In this document: piece by piece, positions 42,278 to 52,115 of the stretch
How the letters are laid out: each line of letters opens with the position of its first letter
Numbering within the stretch: position 1 is the first letter of the stretch
Assembly: GCA_043228905.1 (NCBI GenBank)
Contig: JBHGNT010000002.1
Location: forward strand, 186,001 to 250,000
Source of the DNA: Azolla caroliniana
Lineage: Eukaryota; Plantae; Polypodiophyta
Direction of reading: 5' to 3'
Length of the DNA: 64,000 nt
Program-made: the position numbers and the translations under genes
The notes under the pieces: model-generated
The model's database searches: none
What the model was told of the DNA's origin: nothing
What the model saw: the letters and a program-made list of their open reading frames with translations, nothing else

Positions 42278-42289
42278 TGGTATGAGAGC
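42278..42289 (+). other. Primer binding site of Copia A (tRNA-iMet type, 1 mismatch)
   Basis: tggtatgagagc versus the canonical TGGTATCAGAGC, just after the LTR end. Confidence 0.8.
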
Positions 42290-42382
42290 ACGAGGGTTGA
42301 GAACCTCTGCAGCCGACAGACGCTTCGAAGAAAAACCCTAATAATCGGCAACAACAGATAGAGAACCGAAATGGACAGAGGT

Positions 42383-43151
42383 ATGGCAAGCTCGCTTCCC
42401 ACAGAAAAGCTCGACCGGAGAAACTATGCATCCTAGTCATATAAATTGCACCAGTACTTGTTGGAGCATGGATATTGGAGCTATGTGGAAGGAGCCAACA
42501 AGGTAGCACCGGACCCGGCACACAAGGACTTCCCAACATGGGAGCAAGGAGCGAGCAGAGTATTGTACTACCTTGCATCCAGTGTGCACGATCAGATGCT
42601 CAGCTACATCAAAGATGCAAAAACGCCAGAGGCCTAGGAAAATCTCTGGAAGATTTTCGCCGCTAGTACCATGGCACGGAAGTTGCAGCTCTGACAGAAG
42701 TTCCGGACCCTCCACAAGCAGGGGGAGTCAAGTCGGAGCCGGAAACCGGAAGTTGAAAACCAACACGGAATGCTTGTATTGTGGCATGAAAGTCCACAAA
42801 GAGAGTGAGTGCTGGAAGAAGCGTGCCGATTCGGATAAATCCGGATCCGGCAAGGCCGGACAAGGGAACTGGCAAAGCTCGCACTACGCTGAAGGATCAA
42901 AAGGATCCGGAACCGGGAAAACCAGAAAGGGGCCAACCTTTGTGATGAAACACAAGGTCAACTTGATGAAGAAGACCACTTCTGGACCGGAGGAAGTGTG
43001 GTACGTTGATTCCGGAGCATCTAACCATATGACGAGCCATGAAGAGTGGTTCTCGTTTTTAGAGAAACCGGAACAACCGGGGAATGTCGAAACCGGAGAC
43101 GACACCCCTCACCCAATTGTGCATCTCGGAGAAGTCCCTTTAGGCCATGTT
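42383..43151 (+). pseudogene. Copia A gag and protease (stops, internal deletion)
   Basis: MASSLPTEKLDRRNYAS*SYK...; zinc knuckle CLYCGMKVHKESEC; protease motif WYVDSGASNHMT. Confidence 0.9.
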
Positions 43152-43741
43152 TGTTAGGAGACAGTTCCCTCCGGATTGGAAGTGAGAAGAACCGGATGAG
43201 GAGGACCCGGCTACGTAAGACCCGGTGAGAACCGGATGTGGTGTACCCAGCAAGCGCCGGATGATGCAGGCCCGGTGAGGAGTGCTCACCGGATGAAGGG
43301 ACATATTCGTAAATATGTTTCTGAGAGTCCATCGGGGCTATATTTGTAAATAGCCGAAAAGTCATATTAATATAAATATGACTTAGGGCAAACTCAGAGG
43401 CTGTGAAGTTGTCATTCTTGTTGGTGCAAGAAGAGAGAGCGCGTAACAGTGTACAGAGAGAGAGAGAGAGGTCGTTGCCTCTATTGTAACCGCCGCCTAT
43501 GGTGAAGATCGTGAGCACGAGGTCGTTGCCTCCGTGAGCTCACTATTGTAATCATTGTAATATAGTGATAGTTTGGAGTCTATGGACTCCCGTGGTTTTT
43601 CCCTCTCAGGGTTTTCCACGTTAAACATAATGTGTACTCTTCTCTCCTTTGTGTCGTGCGTTTCATTTCCCGTTTTCTCTGTATGATTCTAAACTCGGTT
43701 GTGGCCGAGCGTTGCACATAGAGAGCGTGCAGTTCCTGTCA
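43152..43741 (+). repeat. Copia B 5' LTR (590 bp)
   Basis: TG...CA termini; direct repeat of 54104-54760 apart from a 65-bp unit and a 2-bp GA difference. Confidence 0.96.
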
Positions 43742-43772
43742 AAGTGGTATCAAAGCGAGGCAACACAGAAAA

Positions 43773-44464
43773 ATGGACGATTCATTGGGAGGCATGTTCA
43801 AGCTCACCGGCTCCAACTATTAAGTGTGGAAGTCGAAGATGAGAGACATGCTCGTGGTTAAAGATCTTTGGCTGCCGGTTCAGTTCAGGGTCAAGAGATC
43901 GGACAAAATCGATGCCACGATATGGGAGGTGATGCACATGAAGACAACAGCCTACATACAGTGCTTCATCGACATGAGCCTATACAACAACTTCAATGAA
44001 GAGAGCAAGGCTCATGAGCTCTAGGAGAAGATCGGCATTATGTTTCAGAACAAAAATGTTGTTAACCAGGTTTCGGTATTCCGGAAGCTAGTAAGACTCC
44101 GATACCAAGATGGCTCCAGCATGGCGGAGCACATGAATGCCTTCCAGGGGCTGATACACCAGGCAACATCATTGGAAGTACCTCTCGCCGATGAGGTACT
44201 ACCGCTACTCTTGCTCAATTCCCTCCCGGATAGCTGGGAGACGTTGGTTGTCACTTTGGGCAACGCCGGGCCGGAAGGGAAACGGTTATCCCTGGCAAGA
44301 GTGAAGTCAAGCTTGCTAGATGAGGAGGCGCGTCGGAAAGATAAGGATACGAGCTCCGACTCCAAAGCGCTCCTTACCGAATCAGAACACGGAAGACAAA
44401 GGAATCGTAGTCCCCAGAACCGGGAAAAGTCGGGGACATGGTCAAAGTCAAGGGGGAGGCCTAC
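43773..44464 (+). pseudogene. Copia B gag (5' part, in-frame stops, interrupted by element C)
   Basis: MDDSLGGMFKLTGSNY*VWKSKM...LLLNSLPDSWETLV. After removing C it continues GRP|TCFYCGKQGHFQKNC (zinc knuckle at 50125 onward). Confidence 0.9.
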
Positions 44465-44557
44465 TGTCAGGAACAGTACTAAGACAGAGAAGGAATTAGT
44501 ACTAAAAGAAGTATTAGTACTAAGAGAGGTGAAGAACTCTCGAGAGAAGGAAAGAGT

Positions 44558-44588
<31 letters not shown>

Positions 44589-44878
44589 TGATGATAAGAA
44601 AATATATATATTATGTGAAGAAAATGTACAATAGCTAGGAGGCTTAAGACTGGCGTTGAACCGATTTGGTTCGAAATAATGCCTTGTGCCTCCTTTTATA
44701 GTGTTCTAAGGAATACTCCTGAAGTTTCTAGAATGTTCCAAAGAAATCTGGAATATACATCAATAAAACATAAATGAAAATAATATTTTATGTATGTATT
44801 ACAATGTATAGTCTAATGGTCAAGAGCTCGACCCATGTAGTATAAGGTCATGGGTTCGAGTCTTGCCATATCATGACA
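44465..44878 (-). repeat. Element C 3' LTR (414 bp, contains a (GA)n tract)
   Basis: Direct repeat of 49680-50119; about 6 substitutions outside the microsatellite (manual count). Confidence 0.96.
44809..44870 (+). promoter_or_regulatory. tRNA-like Pol III A-box/B-box module in the LTR of C (second copy at 50050-50111)
   Basis: TAGTCTAATGG at 44809 and GGTTCGAGTC at 44853, at tRNA spacing (T8 to G53 = 45 nt). Confidence 0.6.
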
Positions 44879-47800
44879 CTATTCCCCCTTTAAAACGACG
44901 AGTGTAACGAGTCGTTTTGGATTGAGGACCCGGTTTGTCTAGATATTGACGATGGAAGTCTTCAAGAAGAGCACGAGCATTGGTGACATTCTCTATCGGT
45001 TCCCAAGTACGCTCGCTGGGACTATATCCTAGCCAGTCGATTAGATAGTAGAGCTTGTTGCGAACAAGCTTGGAATCAAGGATGGCGGCAACCTCGTACT
45101 CAAGTCCATCTTCAAGCTCGATCGGGGGTGGAGGCTCTGTAATACGTCCTGGGATGGTGCTTTCTTGATAGGGTTCGAGGAGAGAACTATGAAACACCGG
45201 ACGTATCCGAAGTTGTGGAGGTAGATCAAGACGAACAGTGACATCATTAATCTTTTCGATAATATGGAAAGGACCTAATCGCCGATAATCCAACTTCTCG
45301 CATGGGCGCGTAGTCTTGATGTGTTGTCGGAGTAGCCATACCCGATCTCCAATGTTAAAACTAGATGGGAGTCGATGACGATCCGCATAAACCTTGTGTG
45401 TTTGTTAAGCTTGTTGGAGATGAGTAGATAAATCTGCTTGTATCTTGCGTAACCTCTCCAAACGATCCTCTGCGCAAGGATTTGTGGACACCTCTAGGGT
45501 TTCAAGTACACACCACCGGGGGTGACATCCCGTATAAGCATAAAATGGCGTAACTTTCGTGGATGCATGGATAGAGTTGTTATAGGCAAATTCGGCGAAG
45601 TGGAGAATATCTGCCCAGTCATCCTAATGATAGCTGAGAAAGCACCGCAGATACTGCTCCAGCGTTTGATTGGTTCATTTGGCTTGGCCGTCGGTTTGTG
45701 GGTGGTAGCCGGAGGAGAGGTTACAAGTGACCTTGAGCATGTTAAAAAGGTGCTTCCAGAATTTTGACACGAACTGGGGTCCATGGTCACTGATGATACT
45801 ATCGGGAAGTCCATGATGCCGACATACTTCACGCATGACAATTTCAGCAGTGTCTTCACTGGAGATCTCCTTAGTACATGGCAAGAAATGAGCGATCTTC
45901 GTATATCGATCGACCACCGTTAGAATCGCATTGAACCCCTTAGAGACTCGAAGATCTGTGATGAAGTCTAGAGCAATGGATTGCCACGGCTTGCTTGGAA
46001 TTGGTAATGGTTCTAATAAACCATATGGATGATGCCTTGGCATTTTCGCTCTGCAACATGTATCACAAGTCCGAACAAAATCCTCGACAAATTGTCCCAT
46101 ACAAGGCCACCAGAATGATCGTTGTACTAAGTGTAGTGTTTTAGTACTACCAAAATGCCCAGTTGTATATGTGTCATGACAGTTTTCTACTACTTGAAGG
46201 CGGCAAGAACCATTAGGAACATACAAAAGTTCTTTAAAGAAGAGTAATCCATCATGGTATTTGAATTGCCGATAGTCCGTACCTGGTGGTTGCGACTGTG
46301 AACACAACGCTCGAGAGAGATCAATTTGTGCTAGTATAGCTTGGGCGAACGCATATGTCTTCAAGTCTTCGCGTATGATATCGATAACGCGGGAATCCAT
46401 GGGCATGTCAAAGATCTTTGTTGCTTGTAGTCGTGTCGGTCCCAAGATGACTTGTTTTTGGTTATCGAAAGTTGGCTCGTCGGGACGGGGTGCTAGGTAC
46501 GAACGCCATGATAATGCATCGGCCTTCCCTTGGTGCTTCCCCAAACGATATGTAATTCTGAAGTCGAAATGCGTGAGGAAGTGGGCCCACCGAGCTTGAC
46601 GTCGATTCAACACACGAGCATCTTGAAAGTAGGCAAGGTTCTTGTGGTCACTAAATACGGTGACCAGATGAGAGGATCCCTCCAGAAAATGCCTCCATTG
46701 CATAAAAGAATCCACTATTGCCAATAGCTCCTTATCATGAATTTCGTAGTTGATTTCGGCGGCGTCAAACTTGCGTGAGTGAAAAGCCACAGGATGTAGC
46801 TTCTCATCATTCCCCTGTTGTGACAGAATGCTCCCCAATGCAAAATCCGATGCGTCAGCTTCGATAATAAATGGTTTTTCCGGATCAACATGAGCTAGAA
46901 TTGGAGCCAATGTAAATGCCTTTTTAAGACTCTCGAAAGCCACATCCGTTTCTTCAGACCAAATGAACGGTTGTCCCTTCCTGGTAAGTTGTGTGAGAGG
47001 TAGAACGATCTTTGAGTAATCTTGTATGAACTTCCGGTAAAAATTGGCAAAGCCTAGGAAGCATTGCACATCCCGCACCGAACGTGGAGTCTGCCATTCT
47101 ACCATTGTTTTGACCTTAGCTGGGTCCATGGAGATGCATTCTGACGAAATGATGTAGCCGAGAAATTCCACTTGGTTGCACCCGAAATTACATTTTTCCA
47201 GCTTTGCATACAGACCATGTTCTCGAAGTCGTTTTAGTACTAATAGTACATGAGAATCATGTTCTTCTTGGGTCTTTGAATAAACCAGTAGATCATCCAA
47301 ATAGATGATCAAACAATCATCCAATAGATCTCAGAATATATCATTAGCCATGTGCTGGAAGACTGTCGGTGCATTAGTGAGGCCGAACGGCATGACCGTA
47401 TACTCGAAGTGCCCATATCTGGTGTGAAACGCGGTCTTCCATTCGTCTCCTGGTCAGATCCGTACGAGGTTATATGCTCCTCGTAAGTCGATCTTCGTGA
47501 AGAACCTTGCACCATTGATCCATTCTAAAAGACTTGAGATAAGGGGAAGAGCATACCTATTCCTGATTGTAACCTTATTCAGGCCACGGTAATCTACAAC
47601 AAGACAAAGCGATCCATCCTTTTTCTTGACAAAGAAAATGGGCGCGCCGGGTGGAGATTTCGAATGTCGGATGAAACCATTTTCCAAATTCTCCTCTATA
47701 TAGGCCCGAAGGACTTCCAGCTCGGTTGGTGACAAATTGTAGATCGGTCCCCATGGCGGCTCTTTTCCCGGTTGTAAATCGATGGGGCAATCGTACGGTC

Positions 47801-48467
47801 GATGATGAGGAAGTGTGTTGGCTTGTACTTTATCGAACACATCGGCGTAATGACGATACTTCTCGGGAAGTTGAACGGTGGATCCTTCTTTAGTGGTGCT
47901 GGAGGGGTTTACTGATATTGCAAAGAGGAACATTTCCTCCTTGTGCCCTTCTTTACGCAACTGACGTAGAGAAATGGTTGCCATCTTCTGAGTTGACCCT
48001 TGGGTTTGTCGACACCGGATTTCTCTTGTTCTCCAATGTATGTCTGGTTTATGTAAGTCGAACCACGGAAATCCTAAAACTATGGGATGTTCTAGGATAC
48101 TAATAATATTAAATGATATTACACATGCTAAGTTATCTAGGACAATATTAATGGGCTCTGACACTTCTATGATATTTCCGGAAGCAATGGGACGTCCATC
48201 AATGACTACTACAGAGGCTGGACACTGGAGTTTTCTTAGGGATATATTATGAGCTTGAGCAAATTTCTTATCCATAAAGCAAGAGTTAGCTCTAGAATCT
48301 AGGAGTGCTAGGACATGTACTAGAGGGGTACTTTTAGTACTAACTATTACTTGGGCTACGAACACATCACTAACTTGCTTAGAGGGAATGGAACCACTAA
48401 TGGGCTGCACAGATCTAGGGCTATCCAACCAAACGGCTCCTATTTTGGTTGGACTTAGTCGTTTAAC
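44871..48467 (-). pseudogene. Element C pol: protease, RT, RNase H, integrase, chromodomain (a few stops and a frameshift)
   Basis: LLDSRANSCFMD (protease), FTKIDLRGAYNLVRI and IYLDDLLVYS (RT), EADASDFALG and YEIHDKELLAIV (RNase H), H..H..CDTC and IISDHGPQF (integrase), YEVAAILDSK...YLIDWLGYSPSERTWEP (chromodomain). Confidence 0.95.
48424..48467 (-). promoter_or_regulatory. Putative -1 ribosomal frameshift signal (slippery G TTA AAC plus stem-loop)
   Basis: (-) strand reads GTTAAAC gactaa g TCCAACCAAA ataggagccg TTTGGTTGGA; the -1 frame is open directly into pol. Confidence 0.8.
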
Positions 48468-49606
48468 TCTTCTTCTAACTGACTAAGGACATCAAATCTG
48501 TTTGCAAGATCTAGGCTATTAGTACTATTAGGACTATCAGATATCCCTACTGAAATAGGCTCGGGTTTAGTACAATTAGAACTAGCGACTATTTGGTTTA
48601 CCTGTCTTCTTGGCCTATGGGGGCAGTTTATTGCAATATGTCTTGGTCCACCGCAGTAAAGACATAGTCGATTTGTACGGCGTCGCTGCTTTTCTTCTTC
48701 GGATAATGGCCCTCGACAACGTGTAGTGTCAATCTCCATCGGAGTCGGAGTATTCGCTGGAGGCGCATTATATGACTCCCTCGGAAAAGGTCTTTCTACC
48801 ACTGAGGCGTAGGTGAGCTCTGATCGTGCCCTCGGCATCTGTAGTTGTCGTTCCGAACGTCGCTCAAAGAGGCGGTTGTCACATCTCACCGTGCGACTGA
48901 TTGCTTCTGTTAAGGACTTTGGCTCTTCGGGGAAGGTCAAGAGTAAATCCTTGACGTCGTTGCGTAAACCATAACAGAATTGCTCCATCAACGCTTGATC
49001 ATCCCAAGGGATATCAGCGGCGAGTAGGCGAAAATCTGCAGCATATGCGGAGGCTGGACGGTCACCTTGGTGTAATCGCCGAATTTTGTTGATTGCGGTC
49101 TTGATGCTGTCAGTATCTCCGAAACATGCTTTAAACTCACCTAGAAACTCTTCAAAATTGTTGAGTAACGGGGATTCCTTTTCTAATAGTGGAGCGAACC
49201 ATGCCAACGTTGAGCCACTTAACAAAGTGCCTACTAAACCCACTCGTGATGCATCGGTGGGATACCGAGAAGGATGCATTTGAATAACTAATCGTACCTG
49301 GTTAAGGAACCCTCTAAACTGCGATCGCGTTCCATCGAACTTTGTGGGAAGGCCAATCTTGGGTTCTTTATGAATCCCTTGTGTTCCGGGCCCTTGTTGT
49401 TGCATCGCTACGATGGTTGCTTCGAGTTGTTGCACGCGTAACGCAAGTTCCCCATGTTGTTGTTGCGTTTGCTGCTTTTCTAAGGAGATTTGTTGAAGAT
49501 CCCCCAGCAACCGTTGGTTTTCTTGTTCCAAAGCATGGAACTTCTCTTTCAAGCATTGAAATTCCGAGAAAACAGATTGATATTCTTCAGCGCTAACAAT
49601 GGCCAT
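48455..49606 (-). CDS. Element C Gag (uninterrupted 383-aa ORF; coiled coil, capsid, CCHC knuckle)
   Basis: KFDGTRSQFRGFLNQV (sushi/PEG10-like capsid), PTPMEID and RRRTNRLCLYCGGPRHIAINCP. Confidence 0.9.
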   Translation of the reverse strand: MAIVSAEEYQSVFSEFQCLKEKFHALEQENQRLLGDLQQISLEKQQTQQQHGELALRVQQLEATIVAMQQQGPGTQGIHKEPKIGLPTKFDGTRSQFRGFLNQVRLVIQMHPSRYPTDASRVGLVGTLLSGSTLAWFAPLLEKESPLLNNFEEFLGEFKACFGDTDSIKTAINKIRRLHQGDRPASAYAADFRLLAADIPWDDQALMEQFCYGLRNDVKDLLLTFPEEPKSLTEAISRTVRCDNRLFERRSERQLQMPRARSELTYASVVERPFPRESYNAPPANTPTPMEIDTTRCRGPLSEEEKQRRRTNRLCLYCGGPRHIAINCPHRPRRQVNQIVASSNCTKPEPISVGISDSPNSTNSLDLANRFDVLSQLEEELND

Positions 49607-49665
49607 GGGATGAAAGAAAAGAGGAATAAGAGATTAGTAGGAAATGAGAGAGACAGAAGGTAGGA

Positions 49666-49677
49666 AAATCGGTTCAA
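49666..49677 (-). other. Non-tRNA primer binding site of element C (self-priming type)
   Basis: TTGAACCGATTT lies 2 nt after the 5' LTR and is the exact complement of AAATCGGTTCAA at 49908-49897 in the LTR. Confidence 0.8.
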
Positions 49678-49679
49678 AC

Positions 49680-49795
49680 TGTCAGGAACAGTACTAAGAC
49701 AGAGAAGGAATTAGTACTAAAAGAAGTATTAGTACTAAGAGAGGTGAAGAACTCTCGAGAGAAGGAAAGAGTGAGTGAGAGGGAGGGAGAGGGAG

Positions 49796-49832
<37 letters not shown>

Positions 49833-50119
49833 TGATAAGAAAATATATATATTATGTGAAGAAAATGTACAATAGCTAGGAGGCTTAAGACTGGCGTTGA
49901 ACCGATTTGGTTCGAAATAATGCCTTGTGCCTTCTTTTATAGTGTTCTAAGAAATACTCCTGAAGTTTCTAGAATGTTCCAGAGAAATCTGGAATATACA
50001 TCAATAAAACATAAATGAAAACAATATTCTATATATGTATTACAATGTATAGTCTAATGGTCAAGAGCTCGACCCATGTAGTATAAGGTCATGGGTTCGA
50101 GTCTTGCCATATCATGACA
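49680..50119 (-). repeat. Element C 5' LTR (440 bp; TATA box near 49941)
   Basis: Direct repeat of 44465-44878; the longer GA-rich tract accounts for the 26-bp length difference. Confidence 0.96.
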
Positions 50120-51432
50120 CCTACTTGCTTCTATTGCGGCAAGCAGGGACACTTCCAAAAGAACTGTCGGTATTTCCGAATAGACAAGGAAACCGACGGT
50201 ACCGATTCGAAGCGGACACCGGACCGGACCGGAAGGGAACGGCGCGGCAATCGCGGCAAGTGAAGAAGAGTTGATGCTCATCACCGAGGAGAGTGAGCTA
50301 AACCTTGTCGGCGACGAGATGACCTGGGTGGTCGAATCCGGAGCGTCGTTCCACCTTACCCCGGACCGGTTTAGGGTGTGTCCGGATGGGGAATGAAGGT
50401 ACATGCCGAATTGTCGGCATAGGAGATGTGTGATTGACAACACCAACCGGATGCAAGCTACTGCTGAAGGATGTCTGACACGTTCCGAAGGTTCGACTGA
50501 ACTTGATATCAGCCGGTCAACTAGATGATGAAGGCTACACGGGTAGCATCCAGAATGGTGTTATGAAGTTCAGCAAAGGGAGCCTGATTGTGGCTCGAGC
50601 CCGGAAGGTAAACACGTTGTACTTGATGAATGCCCGGTTATGTCCGAAAGAAGTGAACATGGCATCCGACACTACCGGTGAGCTGTGGCACAAAAGGTTG
50701 TGTCACATGAGCGAGAAGGGGATGAAGAGGCTTGCAGACGAAAACCTCATTCCAGTGAAGAACATGCACTTGGAGAAGTGCACTGATTGTCTGGCCGGTA
50801 AGCAAAACCGGACCTCCTTCCGACCAAGGCCACCGATGAGACGTAATGCACCACTGGAGTTGGTGCATACTGATGTGTGTCAAGTGGACACGAAGTCACA
50901 TGCAGGATCGCAGTACTTCGTGACGTTCATAGATGACCACAGCCGGAAGCTGTGGGCCACACCGTTGAAGACGAAGGATCAGGTGTTATCCGTCTTCAAA
51001 GAGCTCCACGTGAGAGTGGAAAGAGAAAACGGCCGGAAGCTGAAGGCGGTTTGAGCAGACAACGGAGGTGAATATCGGGGGCAGTTCGAGGAGTACTGTC
51101 GCTCGAAGGGAATCCGGCTCGAATTTACCATGCCGAAGACGCCGGAACTAAACGGGCTGGCCGAGAGGATGAACCAGACCATAATGGAGAGGGTCCGGAG
51201 TATGCTGGCGCATGCAAAATTACCCAAGAAGTTTTGGGCTGAGGCACTGTCGACGGCGACATATGTGATAAACAGATCACCCTCACTACCCTTGGACGGA
51301 GACACGCCGCAAAGAGTATGGACTGGTAAGGAAGTGTCCTACCGGCAACTGAAGGTGTTCAGGTGTCTCATGTACGTGCATGTTGCTAAGGACGGGAGAG
51401 GAAAGTTAGATCCAAAGACCCGGCCATGCATA

Positions 51433-52115
51433 TGACGGGAACCCAACGTTCCTTATGCGCAACGCTCGGCCACAACCGAGATTCTTTTCATACACAGAAA
51501 ACAGGAAACGAAACACAGGACACAAAGGAGAGAAAGATATACGCACACTACACATGAGGTTTACGTGGAAAAACCCCAAACTAGGGGAAAAAACCACGGC
51601 AGCCCACAGGCTACAAACTGTCACTATGTATGAATGTACAAAACAGTGAGTTCACGAAGGCAACGACCTCGGACTCACGATCTTCGCCACAGGCGGTGGT
51701 TACAATAGAGGCAACGACCTCGTCTCTCTCTCTCTCTCTCTATACAGTTACGCACTCTCTCTTCTTCTTGCACCAACAAGGAAGAATGACAACAACAGTT
51801 ACTAAAAGTTTGCCCTAAGTCATATTTATACTAATATGACTTTTCGGCTATTTACAAATATAGCCACGATGGGCTCTCATAAACATATTTATGAATATGT
51901 CTCTTCCTCCGGTTCATACCGGGTCTGCACCATCCGGCTCTCCGTAGCCGAGTACTCCTCATCCGGTTCGTACCGGGCCTGCACCATCCGGCTCTCCGTA
52001 GTCGGGTACTCCTCATCCGGTTCGTACCGGGCCTGCACCATCCGGGTCTCCGTAGCCGGGTACTCCTCATATGGTTTCTTCTCCCTTCCCATCCGGAGGG
52101 ACCTGTCTCTCAACA
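51433..52115 (-). mobile_element. Solo LTR D (683 bp), a relative of the Copia B LTR, antisense in the B integrase
   Basis: TSD GCATA at 51428-51432 and 52116-52120. On (-) it starts tgttgagagacaggtccctccggatgggaag and ends gttcccgtca, like the B LTR. Removing it restores RPCI|FLGY. Confidence 0.95.
51905..52068. repeat. Three 54-bp tandem units in U3 of solo LTR D
   Basis: tactcctcatccggttcgtaccgggcctgcaccatccggctctccgtag repeated; 18-aa periodicity in the ORF track. Confidence 0.9.

Larger units (their letters stand above)
44465..50119 (-). mobile_element. Ty3/Gypsy chromovirus C (Tcn1/Tf1-sushi-like), full length, antisense in Copia B gag
   Basis: TSD CCTAC at 44460-44464 and 50120-50124; LTRs 44465-44878 and 49680-50119 with TGTCA...TGACA ends; PPT aaagggggaatag on (-) next to 44878; order Gag-PR-RT-RH-IN-chromodomain. 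Confidence 0.97.

Noticed and set aside
44802-44878. Functional tRNA gene in the LTR of C
   Set aside because: The boxes are present but acceptor and anticodon stems do not form; it is reported only as a tRNA-like module.
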